NCBI GenBank assembly: GCA_964354805.1
Contig: CAYHBD010000025.1
Coordinates: forward strand, 1-24,511
Source of the DNA: an uncultured archaeon
GTDB lineage: Archaea; Iainarchaeota; Iainarchaeia; Iainarchaeales; GCA-2688035
DNA: 24,511 nucleotides
Direction: 5' to 3'
Positions 14,927 through 23,612 of this stretch are shown here, in pieces. The position numbers were made by a program, and so were the translations under genes. The notes beneath the pieces were generated by a model. The model was not told the DNA's origin, did not search any database, and worked only from the letters and a program-made list of their open reading frames with translations. Positions within the stretch are counted from its first letter, which is position 1. Every line of letters starts with the position of its first letter.

Positions 14927-16852
14927 ATGAAGGCATGGATTGCATCAATTCAGCCTTTTGCTTTGCAAAAGCCTTTTTGCTTCGCAAAAAGCCTTGGGAA
15001 ACTTTGCCTTCGGCAAAAGCCTGGGAAAAAAACAGCAATTGCATCAGTCGCTTTTGTTCTGCTTTTGATTGCGTCAGGCGCTTATGCGCAGATTTCCTTG
15101 ACACCGAGCATCAAGCAGGTGTATGTATCAAGGAATGATTCAATCGGATTGCAGTTCCAGCTGAAAAATTTAGGCAGCAATGAAACATGCATTACACTTT
15201 CAACAGACCAGAATGATGCTTACATTGAAACAGATTTGAGCGCTGACCAAATTTGTTTGAATGAAGGTGAATCAACAAATGCAACTCTTTCAATTAGAAC
15301 AGTGAATGCGCCGAAAGGCTTGCATAGTGTAACGCTGCTATGCCAATCAGGCAATGGCGACGCAAATGCAGTTGTTTCAGTCTATGCAGCAGAAGAGCCC
15401 GAAATTGAGTTAGTTGCTTATCCGAATGATGTTTGCAGCAGCAGGGAAGAGCAATTGAATGTTTTGGTTAGAAATAACAGTGATGAATTCAAGCAGGTGC
15501 AGCTGCAGGCTGAGAATGAAATGCTTTTGCCTTTCTTCAAGCCAAGCAGCCTAAGCCTGCTGCCACACCAGGAAAGGTATGTTAAATTGGTTGCTGCTGC
15601 TTCGCCTTCTTTGGATGAAGAAGAATACACTGTGAGCATGTATGCAATAACAGGCGATGAAACTGTTAAGGAAACGGTTGAATTAAGGGTTGTTGATTGC
15701 GATGAAGAGGAAACCGGCTTTTCTTTGAAAGTGCCAAGCGGTTGCATTTCAGTTGAAAAGGAAAAGGACAGGAAGGTTTTCTTTTCAGTGAAAAACGAGA
15801 AACAGGATGAGCAGCTGCTTGAGTTTTCCGTAAGCGACGAGCTGCCTGTGGCACTGCAGACAGACAGCGCCTGGCTTGAAGCAGGCATTGAAAGGCAGTT
15901 TTATTTTACTGTAAACATTCCGGCTGATTCAGCTGTAAAAGACTATAATTTGAGCATTTCAGTTTCAAACAACGGGCATTCAATTGAGAAAGGCGTCTGC
16001 ATCAGGCCACAGAAAATTCATTTGACTTATGTAACAGTGCAGGGAAACGATTTTGGCATTGCTGAATGCGGCTCCGCTGTTTTCAAAATACTGCTCGAAA
16101 ACGGCGGGGATTACAGCGAAAGATTCCAATTGAGCCTGGTAAATGACAATGAGGATGCGGCAGATGCCGTTCTTTCTGAAAAAGATGTAACAGTTGAAAA
16201 GCACGGCAGCAAAACTGTTTTCGTGAACGTAAGCGCTTTGCAAGAGGCAGAGCTCGGCGATTACGAGATTGAATTGAGTGTTAAAACAGCAGCAAAAACA
16301 TTTGAGGAAGAGCTGCGCTTTTCAATTGAGGGCGAAGAAGAACCTGTTGAGCCAGAATTGCCAGGGCTTGAAATTGCAAGCTATCCAAGCGCAATAACAA
16401 TGGACGAAAACAGCGAAAAATCAGTGTTTGTTTCAATCAGGAACAACAGCGAGAAAACAATTGAAGGCATTTTAATTAAATTAATCAGCCTGCCTGCCGG
16501 CATAACAGCAACAAAGGAAAGCGAAATTTCCCTCGAAGCAGGGGAAGAGCAGCAGTTTGAATTGATTTTGAATACGGCAGCAGGAACAGCAGGCGAGCAC
16601 AGCATTAGCGTAAGCGCGAAAAATGCAGATTACAGCGCCGCTAAAACAATAAGGCTGATTGTTGAGAAAAAAGAGGAAGCGGCAGAGCAACAGCAGGCGC
16701 CTGCATTTGCCGGATTTGCCAGCCTGCTTGCAGCAGGGGGCAGCGCATTGCTCGGCCTGGCTGCATTGATTATTCTTGTGACTGTTATTGTTTTAATTGC
16801 AAAGGCAGCGGCAAGCCCAACACAAATAAAAAAAGAAGTGTGGATGAAATAA
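14927..16852 (+). CDS. Multi-Ig-like-domain acidic surface protein with C-terminal TM helix
   Basis: Repeated ~100-aa units with (L/V)xN...L..GE/H patterns, a signal peptide interrupted by a repeat insertion, and a C-terminal TM helix. Confidence 0.82.
   Translation: MKAWIASIQPFALQKPFCFAKSLGKLCLRQKPGKKTAIASVAFVLLLIASGAYAQISLTPSIKQVYVSRNDSIGLQFQLKNLGSNETCITLSTDQNDAYIETDLSADQICLNEGESTNATLSIRTVNAPKGLHSVTLLCQSGNGDANAVVSVYAAEEPEIELVAYPNDVCSSREEQLNVLVRNNSDEFKQVQLQAENEMLLPFFKPSSLSLLPHQERYVKLVAAASPSLDEEEYTVSMYAITGDETVKETVELRVVDCDEEETGFSLKVPSGCISVEKEKDRKVFFSVKNEKQDEQLLEFSVSDELPVALQTDSAWLEAGIERQFYFTVNIPADSAVKDYNLSISVSNNGHSIEKGVCIRPQKIHLTYVTVQGNDFGIAECGSAVFKILLENGGDYSERFQLSLVNDNEDAADAVLSEKDVTVEKHGSKTVFVNVSALQEAELGDYEIELSVKTAAKTFEEELRFSIEGEEEPVEPELPGLEIASYPSAITMDENSEKSVFVSIRNNSEKTIEGILIKLISLPAGITATKESEISLEAGEEQQFELILNTAAGTAGEHSISVSAKNADYSAAKTIRLIVEKKEEAAEQQQAPAFAGFASLLAAGGSALLGLAALIILVTVIVLIAKAAASPTQIKKEVWMK
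14948..15037 (-). mobile_element. Dispersed hairpin repeat, copy C, inserted in-frame in a coding sequence
   Basis: Minus strand reads TTTGCC-GAA-GGCAAA..CCCAAGGCTTTTTGC-GAA-GCAAAAAGGCTT. Flanked by ATTGCATCA direct repeats at 14939-14947 and 15038-15046. Mobility is inferred. Confidence 0.75.
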
Positions 16853-16948
16853 TTGAATGAACAGGCACTTAGCAGTCCCAACACTTGTTAAAAAAGCATG
16901 GGCAAAATAATAATTGAATTAACAAAAAATCGTGGGGTGATTGTTTAA

Positions 16949-19210
16949 ATGAATAAGGTAATTATTCCAATTTGTTTTGTTTTGCTGCTTCTTGCGAGCG
17001 CAGCGAACGCAGTAAAGCTTACCGGCACTTTTTCCCTGAGCACTGACTGCTTTACTCCGGCAAAAGCAACATACCTTCTTTCAAACGACAGCAGCACAGC
17101 GCAGACATTTACAATAAAAGCAACTGGCGCAAACAGCGACTGGATTTCCCTAAACGGCGTGCAAATAGGGGAAACACCACTTTCAATTGCAGTTGCAGCA
17201 AACAGCAGCGTGGAATTATATGCTTTTGTAAAGCCCCAAGCATGCTATATCGCGCCAGGCGATTATACTATTACAATTGAAATAAGCAATGGCGGGAAAA
17301 CAACAAAGGAAATAAAGGTAACAGTCACTGAAAGCAGGGCACTTGAGCTTTCCATAACGCCGAGCAAGCAGCAGGCAGCGCAGTGCGAGCAAAAGCAGTT
17401 TGAGATATCTGTAAAAAACACGGGAAAAAGAAGCGAACAGGTTATTTTAAGCGTTGAACAACTGCCTTGGCAGTGGGCCAAGCTTTCTGTGAACGAGCTT
17501 AATTTAGAAAAAGGGGAAACAAAAAAAGCAATTGTCTCAGTTCAGCCCGCATGCAATGCGGCATTGAAAGAATATGCTTTTTCAGTAAAGGCCACAATTG
17601 CAGGCACAACATTTGCAACAGCAAAAAATGCATCAATTGAAATAGCAGACAAGCAGATGATTCAAATCAGCGCCGAGGCAATGAGGGCTTGCGCTGACAA
17701 AAAAACAACCAGCCCAGTCAAAATAAAGAACAACGGCCTGCAGCAGGACGAATTGCAGTTAACAGCAAGCGGCTTGGATTTCGTGAGCATTGAGCCACCA
17801 ACAACAGTAACCCTTGCAGCAGGCGAGGAAAAAGAGGTTACACTTTCATTTGATAAAACATCAAAAACACAGGGAAGATACGATTTCACGCTGAAAGCCC
17901 ATTCAACGAAATTTGAAAAAGACACTGAAAAGAAATTTTCGCTTGAGCTGAGAAACTGCTACAATCTTTCAATAACAAACGCATTGCTCAATGGAGCAAC
18001 AGCAACCGCCAACCCAACATTATGCATTGAAAGCGAGCCAGTGTACAAGCTCACTTTAAAGAATAATTCAGTTGAGGCAGTAAATGCAGCAATAAGGGCA
18101 ACAGGCATTGACGCAGTCATTTCTCCATCACAAGTGTCAATCGAAAGCGGCAAAAGCATTGATGTAACAGTCAAGCTTGATTTGCAAAACCAATTGCCCG
18201 GGGAAAAACAATTCAGCCTGCAGGCAAGCAGCGACAATTTTTCATTGCAAAGGGACTTCAACCTTGCTTTGGAATACTGCTTTAACCTGCAGATAGCCTG
18301 GCCGCTTCCGGACCTGGTTGAATTGGATGCAAACTGCAAAAGCGAATTATTCACCGTGAACATAAAAAATGCCGGCACAAAAGAGCAGGAGATTGCTGTA
18401 AGCGTAACAGGCCCTGAATGGGTTTTTCTGGAGCCAACAACGGCAAAGCTTTTGCCAAGCGAGCAGAAAGCGCATTATCTATACTTTGCGCCGCCTTCCG
18501 ATGTAAAAGCAGGGGCATACAGCGCGATCTTTACAATAAAGGGCGCTGAAACATTCGAAAAGAAAATCGAAATTAAAGTGAAGGCAGCGCAGGAGCAGCC
18601 GGCAGAACCGGAAAAGCCGGCTGCACCGGAAAAGCCCACAGAGCCAGAGAAGCCCGTTGAAAAACCAAGCATTAAAACAGCAATCGCCAGGCAGCAGGTT
18701 GTTGAAACAGTTGAGAAAAGCATTAAGGTAACAGTGCTTATTTCAAACGACAGCAATACTGCGCTGAAGGTAAGCAAAATAACTGTAGTTGACATGGACA
18801 ATGCATTGATTGATTTCAGTGAAACAACATTGCAGCCTGATGGGAATATTGAGGTGCCAATCACTTTGTTCATTGAACCTGATGCCAATAAGCAGCAAAT
18901 CAGCGTTCCATTGTTGTTCAGCACTGACAAGGGTGAGATTGCAAGCGTTTTGTTCATTGATTTGAACAAGGGGGCAGAGCAAATTGCATCAGTCGGCTTG
19001 TTCGGCTTGTCTGATTTGGGCAACACAATCTTTTTCGGCTTGATTGCAATCGTTATTGTAGTGATTGCAGCGATTGCAATAAGGCAGGGTAGCGGCGGAA
19101 AAAAAAGCGGCCTAGCTGAATTGGCGGAAGAGGTTGAAGAACTGCCTGCAAAAAAGCTTGAAGAAATCGGCGGCGTGAGAAAAGCGAGAAAGCCGAGGAA
19201 GAAGGCTTGA
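16949..19210 (+). CDS. Multi-Ig-like-domain surface protein with Pro-rich linker and C-terminal TM helix
   Basis: GGGGTGA ribosome-binding site, signal peptide, repeated VKNTG/IKNNG/IKNAG units with Cys at domain borders, TM helix and charged tail. Confidence 0.85.
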   Translation: MNKVIIPICFVLLLLASAANAVKLTGTFSLSTDCFTPAKATYLLSNDSSTAQTFTIKATGANSDWISLNGVQIGETPLSIAVAANSSVELYAFVKPQACYIAPGDYTITIEISNGGKTTKEIKVTVTESRALELSITPSKQQAAQCEQKQFEISVKNTGKRSEQVILSVEQLPWQWAKLSVNELNLEKGETKKAIVSVQPACNAALKEYAFSVKATIAGTTFATAKNASIEIADKQMIQISAEAMRACADKKTTSPVKIKNNGLQQDELQLTASGLDFVSIEPPTTVTLAAGEEKEVTLSFDKTSKTQGRYDFTLKAHSTKFEKDTEKKFSLELRNCYNLSITNALLNGATATANPTLCIESEPVYKLTLKNNSVEAVNAAIRATGIDAVISPSQVSIESGKSIDVTVKLDLQNQLPGEKQFSLQASSDNFSLQRDFNLALEYCFNLQIAWPLPDLVELDANCKSELFTVNIKNAGTKEQEIAVSVTGPEWVFLEPTTAKLLPSEQKAHYLYFAPPSDVKAGAYSAIFTIKGAETFEKKIEIKVKAAQEQPAEPEKPAAPEKPTEPEKPVEKPSIKTAIARQQVVETVEKSIKVTVLISNDSNTALKVSKITVVDMDNALIDFSETTLQPDGNIEVPITLFIEPDANKQQISVPLLFSTDKGEIASVLFIDLNKGAEQIASVGLFGLSDLGNTIFFGLIAIVIVVIAAIAIRQGSGGKKSGLAELAEEVEELPAKKLEEIGGVRKARKPRKKA
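18598..18666 (+). repeat. Coding tandem repeat PxxPEK (18-nt period)
   Basis: Encodes PAEPEKPAAPEKPTEPEKPVEKP. Confidence 0.7.
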
Positions 19211-19220
19211 AGAAATTGTA

Positions 19221-19254
19221 AAAAGAAGGGCTGATTTAAGCCCTTTTTTCTTTT
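19221..19254. terminator. Hairpin with T-tract between convergent genes
   Basis: AAGGGCT-GATTTA-AGCCCTT followed by TTTTCTTTT and preceded by an A-tract. Confidence 0.65.
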
Positions 19255-19274
19255 CTTATTTTTTAATCAGAGTG

Positions 19275-19769
19275 CTACTTGCCGAAAATGCTTTCAACGA
19301 ACTTTTGGTCAATCATGGCAAGGCACTGCAGGATTGTTTTGCACTCTGTGAAAACTGGTTTTTTTATCACCACAGTTATTGTTGTTGTCGCCAGCTTGCC
19401 TTCAGATGTGACACTGAGCTGAACATTATATGTTCCGTCCTTGGAATATTTATGGGTTGCAGTCTTTTCCGTTGCAATTGATGAGCCGTCTTTGAAATCC
19501 CACTTCCAGTTTGCTGGGCTTCCAGGGCCAATAAAAACGCCCTCAAATTGGATTTCTTCTTCAACATCGAAGGTTGTTTTACCCATAGCTGGCTTTGTTA
19601 TTGCTACCTCAAAAGTTGTCGCTGAGACAGCAGTAGCAGCTGGCTGTGAACTACCAGTTGTCCACATGTCAGCTGTAACCTTTATGTCTGTCGGCAAGCC
19701 TGTTTGTGAAACAATCAATGGAATCAAGAACAGCAACGCTGCCAATACAATCAAAAATTTGTTTTTCAT
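19275..19769 (-). CDS. Secreted PKD-domain protein
   Basis: Signal peptide and WKWDFKDG....THKYSKDGTYNVQLSVT PKD signature. Confidence 0.88.
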   Translation of the reverse strand: MKNKFLIVLAALLFLIPLIVSQTGLPTDIKVTADMWTTGSSQPAATAVSATTFEVAITKPAMGKTTFDVEEEIQFEGVFIGPGSPANWKWDFKDGSSIATEKTATHKYSKDGTYNVQLSVTSEGKLATTTITVVIKKPVFTECKTILQCLAMIDQKFVESIFGK

Positions 19770-21254
19770 TTAAACCAACCCTCCTGCTGGTGGAGCTGCT
19801 GGCGGAGTAGTTGCCGGTGGAGTGGTCGCCGGGGGCGTAGTCGCTGGCGGAGGGCAAACTGCTTCTGGAGGCAGCCTTTCAAGGGAGCACTTGTCAAACT
19901 CCCTTGCTTTTATAGTATACAGAAGAGGATTTCCTGCAAGGTCTAAGGTGATTTTGTATTCTTTCCCTGCTTCAAGGCCGTAAACTATGAGTTTGTTTCC
20001 AACCCACTTAGCTGTTACTGAAACAACTGTATCATCCGCTACATTCCTAACCGTTACTTTAACATCGCTCGTGCTTTTTCCCTCAGGGAATGATGTAAAC
20101 TCAATGAAAACCGCGCCTGTTGTAACACCGCTTGGAGGCGTTACAGGCGGCGCTGGCCCACCTATATCTTTTGTCAGCAGAATGAAATTAATTTTTCCCT
20201 CGCTGCTCCAGCTCACGTATTCTCTGTCCCAGTTGAAAATAAGCTCTTGGGGATCTGTAACTACCGTATGGGTTCTGGCGCCGTTGATTGCTATATAAGC
20301 CGCTACGCTTCTTGCTGGTGAAAATATATTTACTGATAACCCAGTAGCTAAACCAGCGGTAATGTCTTTCAGGATCCCATTATTTTCCTTAACTGGGATT
20401 TGTTGCATTTCACTACTATGCACTTTTTTTATTAACGCCTCGAAATTCGTAATTGTCATGCTAGAAGACAGCTGCATCTTTTGTGTTGGCTTGTAAACCT
20501 TAAATTCTGTGCTTGCCTGCTCTGGAACCATAATTACATATTTTACTTCAAGGTTATCTGTTATGATAATTGATTTTGTTTTTCCTGTAGTGTCTTCTTC
20601 ATCAAAGTATTCTGTGTGTCCATAAATAAAATATTTCTCTCCCTCGCTAAAATCAGTGGTTTTATCAATAGCCCTGATGAAATAATTTACGTTCTGCATG
20701 TATTTAGCAACTTTTTCAAACTCGGCTCTATTCCTCTTCACAAAGTACTCGTTTTGAACCTTGTTTATTTCTTCAGTTGAGATTAGTATCTTTTCAATTG
20801 CCACATCAGTTTCAGCATGAAAGACAATTGTTTCCCAGTTTGCCCAGATTTGTATTCCACATTCTCTTGACAGATCCGCCACCTCATTGCTTAGTATTGG
20901 CAAGGAAATCGCTTTATTGCCGCATCCTTGACCGTTCTTTTGGACTGTAAAGTTTACCCATCTGCCGCCAAGAGGGCTCCGCTCTGCTGTAATCATATAA
21001 TTCTGCCCCAAATAACTTACAACAACCACCCTTTCGTCTGCATCATCCAAGTCCAAGTCAAATTTCACATCAATGGATTTTCCACCTGCACCCTGCTTTA
21101 GCATTGGTTGCCCGTATTCTGGCACAAACCATTGCCAGCTACCTTGGTAATTTACTGCAACTTCATCAAGCACTGTAGCAGTTGCAAACCCACTCAGCTG
21201 AACTAAGAATAGAGAGAAAAACAGAAAGAAAACAAGCTGTTTTTTCTTATTCAT
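19770..21254 (-). CDS. Secreted hypothetical protein with C-terminal PPATT repeats
   Basis: Long ORF with signal peptide from MNKKKQL, a Pro-rich linker and a (PPATT)3 tail. No family recognised. Confidence 0.75.
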   Translation of the reverse strand: MNKKKQLVFFLFFSLFLVQLSGFATATVLDEVAVNYQGSWQWFVPEYGQPMLKQGAGGKSIDVKFDLDLDDADERVVVVSYLGQNYMITAERSPLGGRWVNFTVQKNGQGCGNKAISLPILSNEVADLSRECGIQIWANWETIVFHAETDVAIEKILISTEEINKVQNEYFVKRNRAEFEKVAKYMQNVNYFIRAIDKTTDFSEGEKYFIYGHTEYFDEEDTTGKTKSIIITDNLEVKYVIMVPEQASTEFKVYKPTQKMQLSSSMTITNFEALIKKVHSSEMQQIPVKENNGILKDITAGLATGLSVNIFSPARSVAAYIAINGARTHTVVTDPQELIFNWDREYVSWSSEGKINFILLTKDIGGPAPPVTPPSGVTTGAVFIEFTSFPEGKSTSDVKVTVRNVADDTVVSVTAKWVGNKLIVYGLEAGKEYKITLDLAGNPLLYTIKAREFDKCSLERLPPEAVCPPPATTPPATTPPATTPPAAPPAGGLV

Positions 21255-21256
21255 TT

Positions 21257-21838
21257 TCAGCACCCCTCTTCAAGCAAGGCAAGGTTTTCCTTGTCTTCGT
21301 TCAGGTTTTTTTGCATTTCTTGTGGGATTAGCCCTATTCTGTTAAAGCTTATTTCAGCTGCCTGTTCTGGGAATTTTTCAGCGAAGGAGTTAACTGTTGA
21401 ATCAAAGGAGCCAGCCAATTCAATCAATTCCGCTCTCTTTGAATTAATTGATTTAAATGCAGCAATGTTGTTGCATACCGGCTGGGCTGAATCAATGCCA
21501 TTATTCAAACCCTCAATCTCTTTTGTTTTAATTGCAATATCCACGAGCAAAATATAGGCGCTGGCTAATTCTTTTGAAGCATCATCCTGCAATTTGCCAA
21601 TGCTTTCCTGCAAATTGCTTTTTATTTCGCTTAATTTGCTTTCGCTCAAAGCCATTAAGGAATCAAAATCAGAGTGCAAAGTTTCCTTGTCAAAGCCCTC
21701 GCTTTTCCAAGCGGAACTCAAATTAGCATAATCCTGGCTGAAATCAGGCTTTTGCTGGGGCATGAAAAAGAAGTAATATGCCCCGGCTATTGCCAGAACA
21801 ATGACAAGCAGCAGCAGGTTCCTCCAGGTTTTGTTCAT
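21257..21838 (-). CDS. Membrane-anchored helical hypothetical protein
   Basis: N-terminal TM helix and acidic helical body; co-oriented with and abutting the downstream gene. Confidence 0.75.
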   Translation of the reverse strand: MNKTWRNLLLLVIVLAIAGAYYFFFMPQQKPDFSQDYANLSSAWKSEGFDKETLHSDFDSLMALSESKLSEIKSNLQESIGKLQDDASKELASAYILLVDIAIKTKEIEGLNNGIDSAQPVCNNIAAFKSINSKRAELIELAGSFDSTVNSFAEKFPEQAAEISFNRIGLIPQEMQKNLNEDKENLALLEEGC

Positions 21839-21964
21839 TGGAAAGCACCAATTAACGTTTAAACTATAATAGATTATTGTTTATTGGTTATATTAATACT
21901 TTCTGGTTTTTAATAATTTGCATCTTCTATTGATTTAGTGGGATTTGGCGGTTAAGGGATTTTT

Positions 21965-22900
21965 ATGGCTTTTGCTGGTGAAATTGACGTTGCCATAATT
22001 GGAGCAGGCCCTGCAGGAATAAGCGCCGCCATTTACGCGAAAAGAAAGGCTTTAAGCATTCGGATTTTTGAATCGGGGGCAGCAGGCGGGCAGGCAGCAG
22101 AAGCCTTTGTTGTTGAAAACTATCCCGGCGTTGAAAGGCTGCATGGAGCGGAATTAATGCAAAAAATGGCGCAACACTTGCACGGCTTTGGGGTTGAAAT
22201 AGAGGAAGCAGCTGCTGTAACAAATATTAAAAATATTGGAAAAGGGGAAGGATTTGAACTGGAAATAAACAATGGCGAAGAAAGGGCGCAGGCAAAAACG
22301 GTTATTCTGTGCACAGGCAGCGAATACAAGATGCTGAATGTTCCAGGGGAAAAGGAATTTTATGGAAAGGGAGTAAGCTATTGCGCCACATGCGACGGCC
22401 CGTTCTTCAAGGGCAAAACAGTTGCGGTAATAGGCAGTGGAAACAGCGGGGTGAACGCTGCATTGTTCTTTTCAGCAATCTGCAAAAAAACTTATTTAAT
22501 TGAGTTTTTGCCCTCAACAACTTGTGACGCTATTTATAACGAACGAATTAAAAAAGCAAAAATTGAATTAATGCTGAATATGCAGGTGCTGGAAATTTCT
22601 GGTGAAAAAGAGGTTGAAAAAATCAGGGTGAATGACAGGGCAAGCAAAAAAGAAAAAGAGATAGCCGTTGACGGGGTTTTCATTTACGCTGGAATGAAAC
22701 CAAGAAACGAGCTTGCAAAAAAGCTCGGCCTGCGCCTGGATGAAAAAGGATATGTTGCAGTTGACAGCAATAATGCAGCAACAATGCAGGGCGTGTTCGC
22801 AGCAGGCGACATTACCGGTGAATTGGCGCAAATTGTTGTTGCAGCAGGCAGCGGCGCGGTTGCTGCCACAAGCGCGTTTGAATACATTAAAAAGCAATAA
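21965..22900 (+). CDS. trxB: Thioredoxin reductase-family FAD-dependent disulfide oxidoreductase
   Basis: GAGPAG, GVSYCATCDG, GSGNSG and GVFAAGD motifs. Confidence 0.92.
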   Translation: MAFAGEIDVAIIGAGPAGISAAIYAKRKALSIRIFESGAAGGQAAEAFVVENYPGVERLHGAELMQKMAQHLHGFGVEIEEAAAVTNIKNIGKGEGFELEINNGEERAQAKTVILCTGSEYKMLNVPGEKEFYGKGVSYCATCDGPFFKGKTVAVIGSGNSGVNAALFFSAICKKTYLIEFLPSTTCDAIYNERIKKAKIELMLNMQVLEISGEKEVEKIRVNDRASKKEKEIAVDGVFIYAGMKPRNELAKKLGLRLDEKGYVAVDSNNAATMQGVFAAGDITGELAQIVVAAGSGAVAATSAFEYIKKQ

Positions 22901-22911
22901 CAGGCATTGCT

Positions 22912-23559
22912 ATGGACGAGCAAAAATTCTATTACAGGAATTGGGGCGGCAGGCTGATTGGAAACAAGGCAAGGGAGCAGCTTGTCTTGGATGAGCTTAA
23001 AAGCATCCAAGCAAATGATTTTTTCCTTGAGGTCGGCTGCGCCCAGGGGCACTTTGAAAGCCATGCGCTGAAATATTGCGGAAATGTTTTCGGCGCGGAT
23101 TTTTCATTGGAAAAATTAAAGGCAGCAAGAAGCAATGCAAAAAATTCCTTTTTTGTCGCAATGGACGCCGAAATGCTGCCGTTCAAGAAAAGCAGCTTTG
23201 ACTTTGTTTTATGCACAGAGGTCCTAGAGCACGTTCCCGAATGGAAAAAGGCATTGCTTGAATTGCAGCGCGTTGGAAGGAAAAAAATTCTCATAACTGT
23301 TCCATTGGAGAAAAGCATTTTCTGGCGGGCATTGAGCTTGGCCTCGCCGATGAAAGGCAGAGGGCACTTGCACAGGCTTGACAGCAGGCAAATCAAAGCG
23401 GCAATTGGAAATGACTTGAAATTAGTGAAATACAGGCTGGTTGCAACCCCAAGCAGAAAGCTGAACAGGCTTGTTGGAAACAGGCTTGGGGAAAATGCAG
23501 GCATTTTTGCAATGATGTTATTCGAAAAAACAGGCAAAAAAGCGAAAAATGCAAAGTAA
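22912..23559 (+). CDS. Class I SAM-dependent methyltransferase
   Basis: LEVGCAQG motif I and DAEMLPF..SFDFVLCTEVLEHV. Confidence 0.9.
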   Translation: MDEQKFYYRNWGGRLIGNKAREQLVLDELKSIQANDFFLEVGCAQGHFESHALKYCGNVFGADFSLEKLKAARSNAKNSFFVAMDAEMLPFKKSSFDFVLCTEVLEHVPEWKKALLELQRVGRKKILITVPLEKSIFWRALSLASPMKGRGHLHRLDSRQIKAAIGNDLKLVKYRLVATPSRKLNRLVGNRLGENAGIFAMMLFEKTGKKAKNAK

Positions 23560-23560
23560 T

Positions 23561-23593
23561 TTATATAAGATGTTATATAACATGTTATATAAC
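23561..23593. promoter_or_regulatory. Three tandem TTATATAA boxes (12-nt period), promoter/operator of the RHH gene
   Basis: TTATATAA-GATG-TTATATAA-CATG-TTATATAA; 23572-23593 is a perfect 22-bp palindrome. Confidence 0.75.
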
Positions 23594-23612
23594 TTAGAGG
23601 GCGTGGTGTGCT

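Noticed and set aside
16961-16973. ATTATTCCAATT half-match to the metK operator
   Set aside because: It lies inside a coding region and lacks the second half-site.
19767-19772. In-frame TAA-ATG junction as stop-codon readthrough
   Set aside because: The downstream PKD gene has its own signal peptide, so these are two abutting genes.
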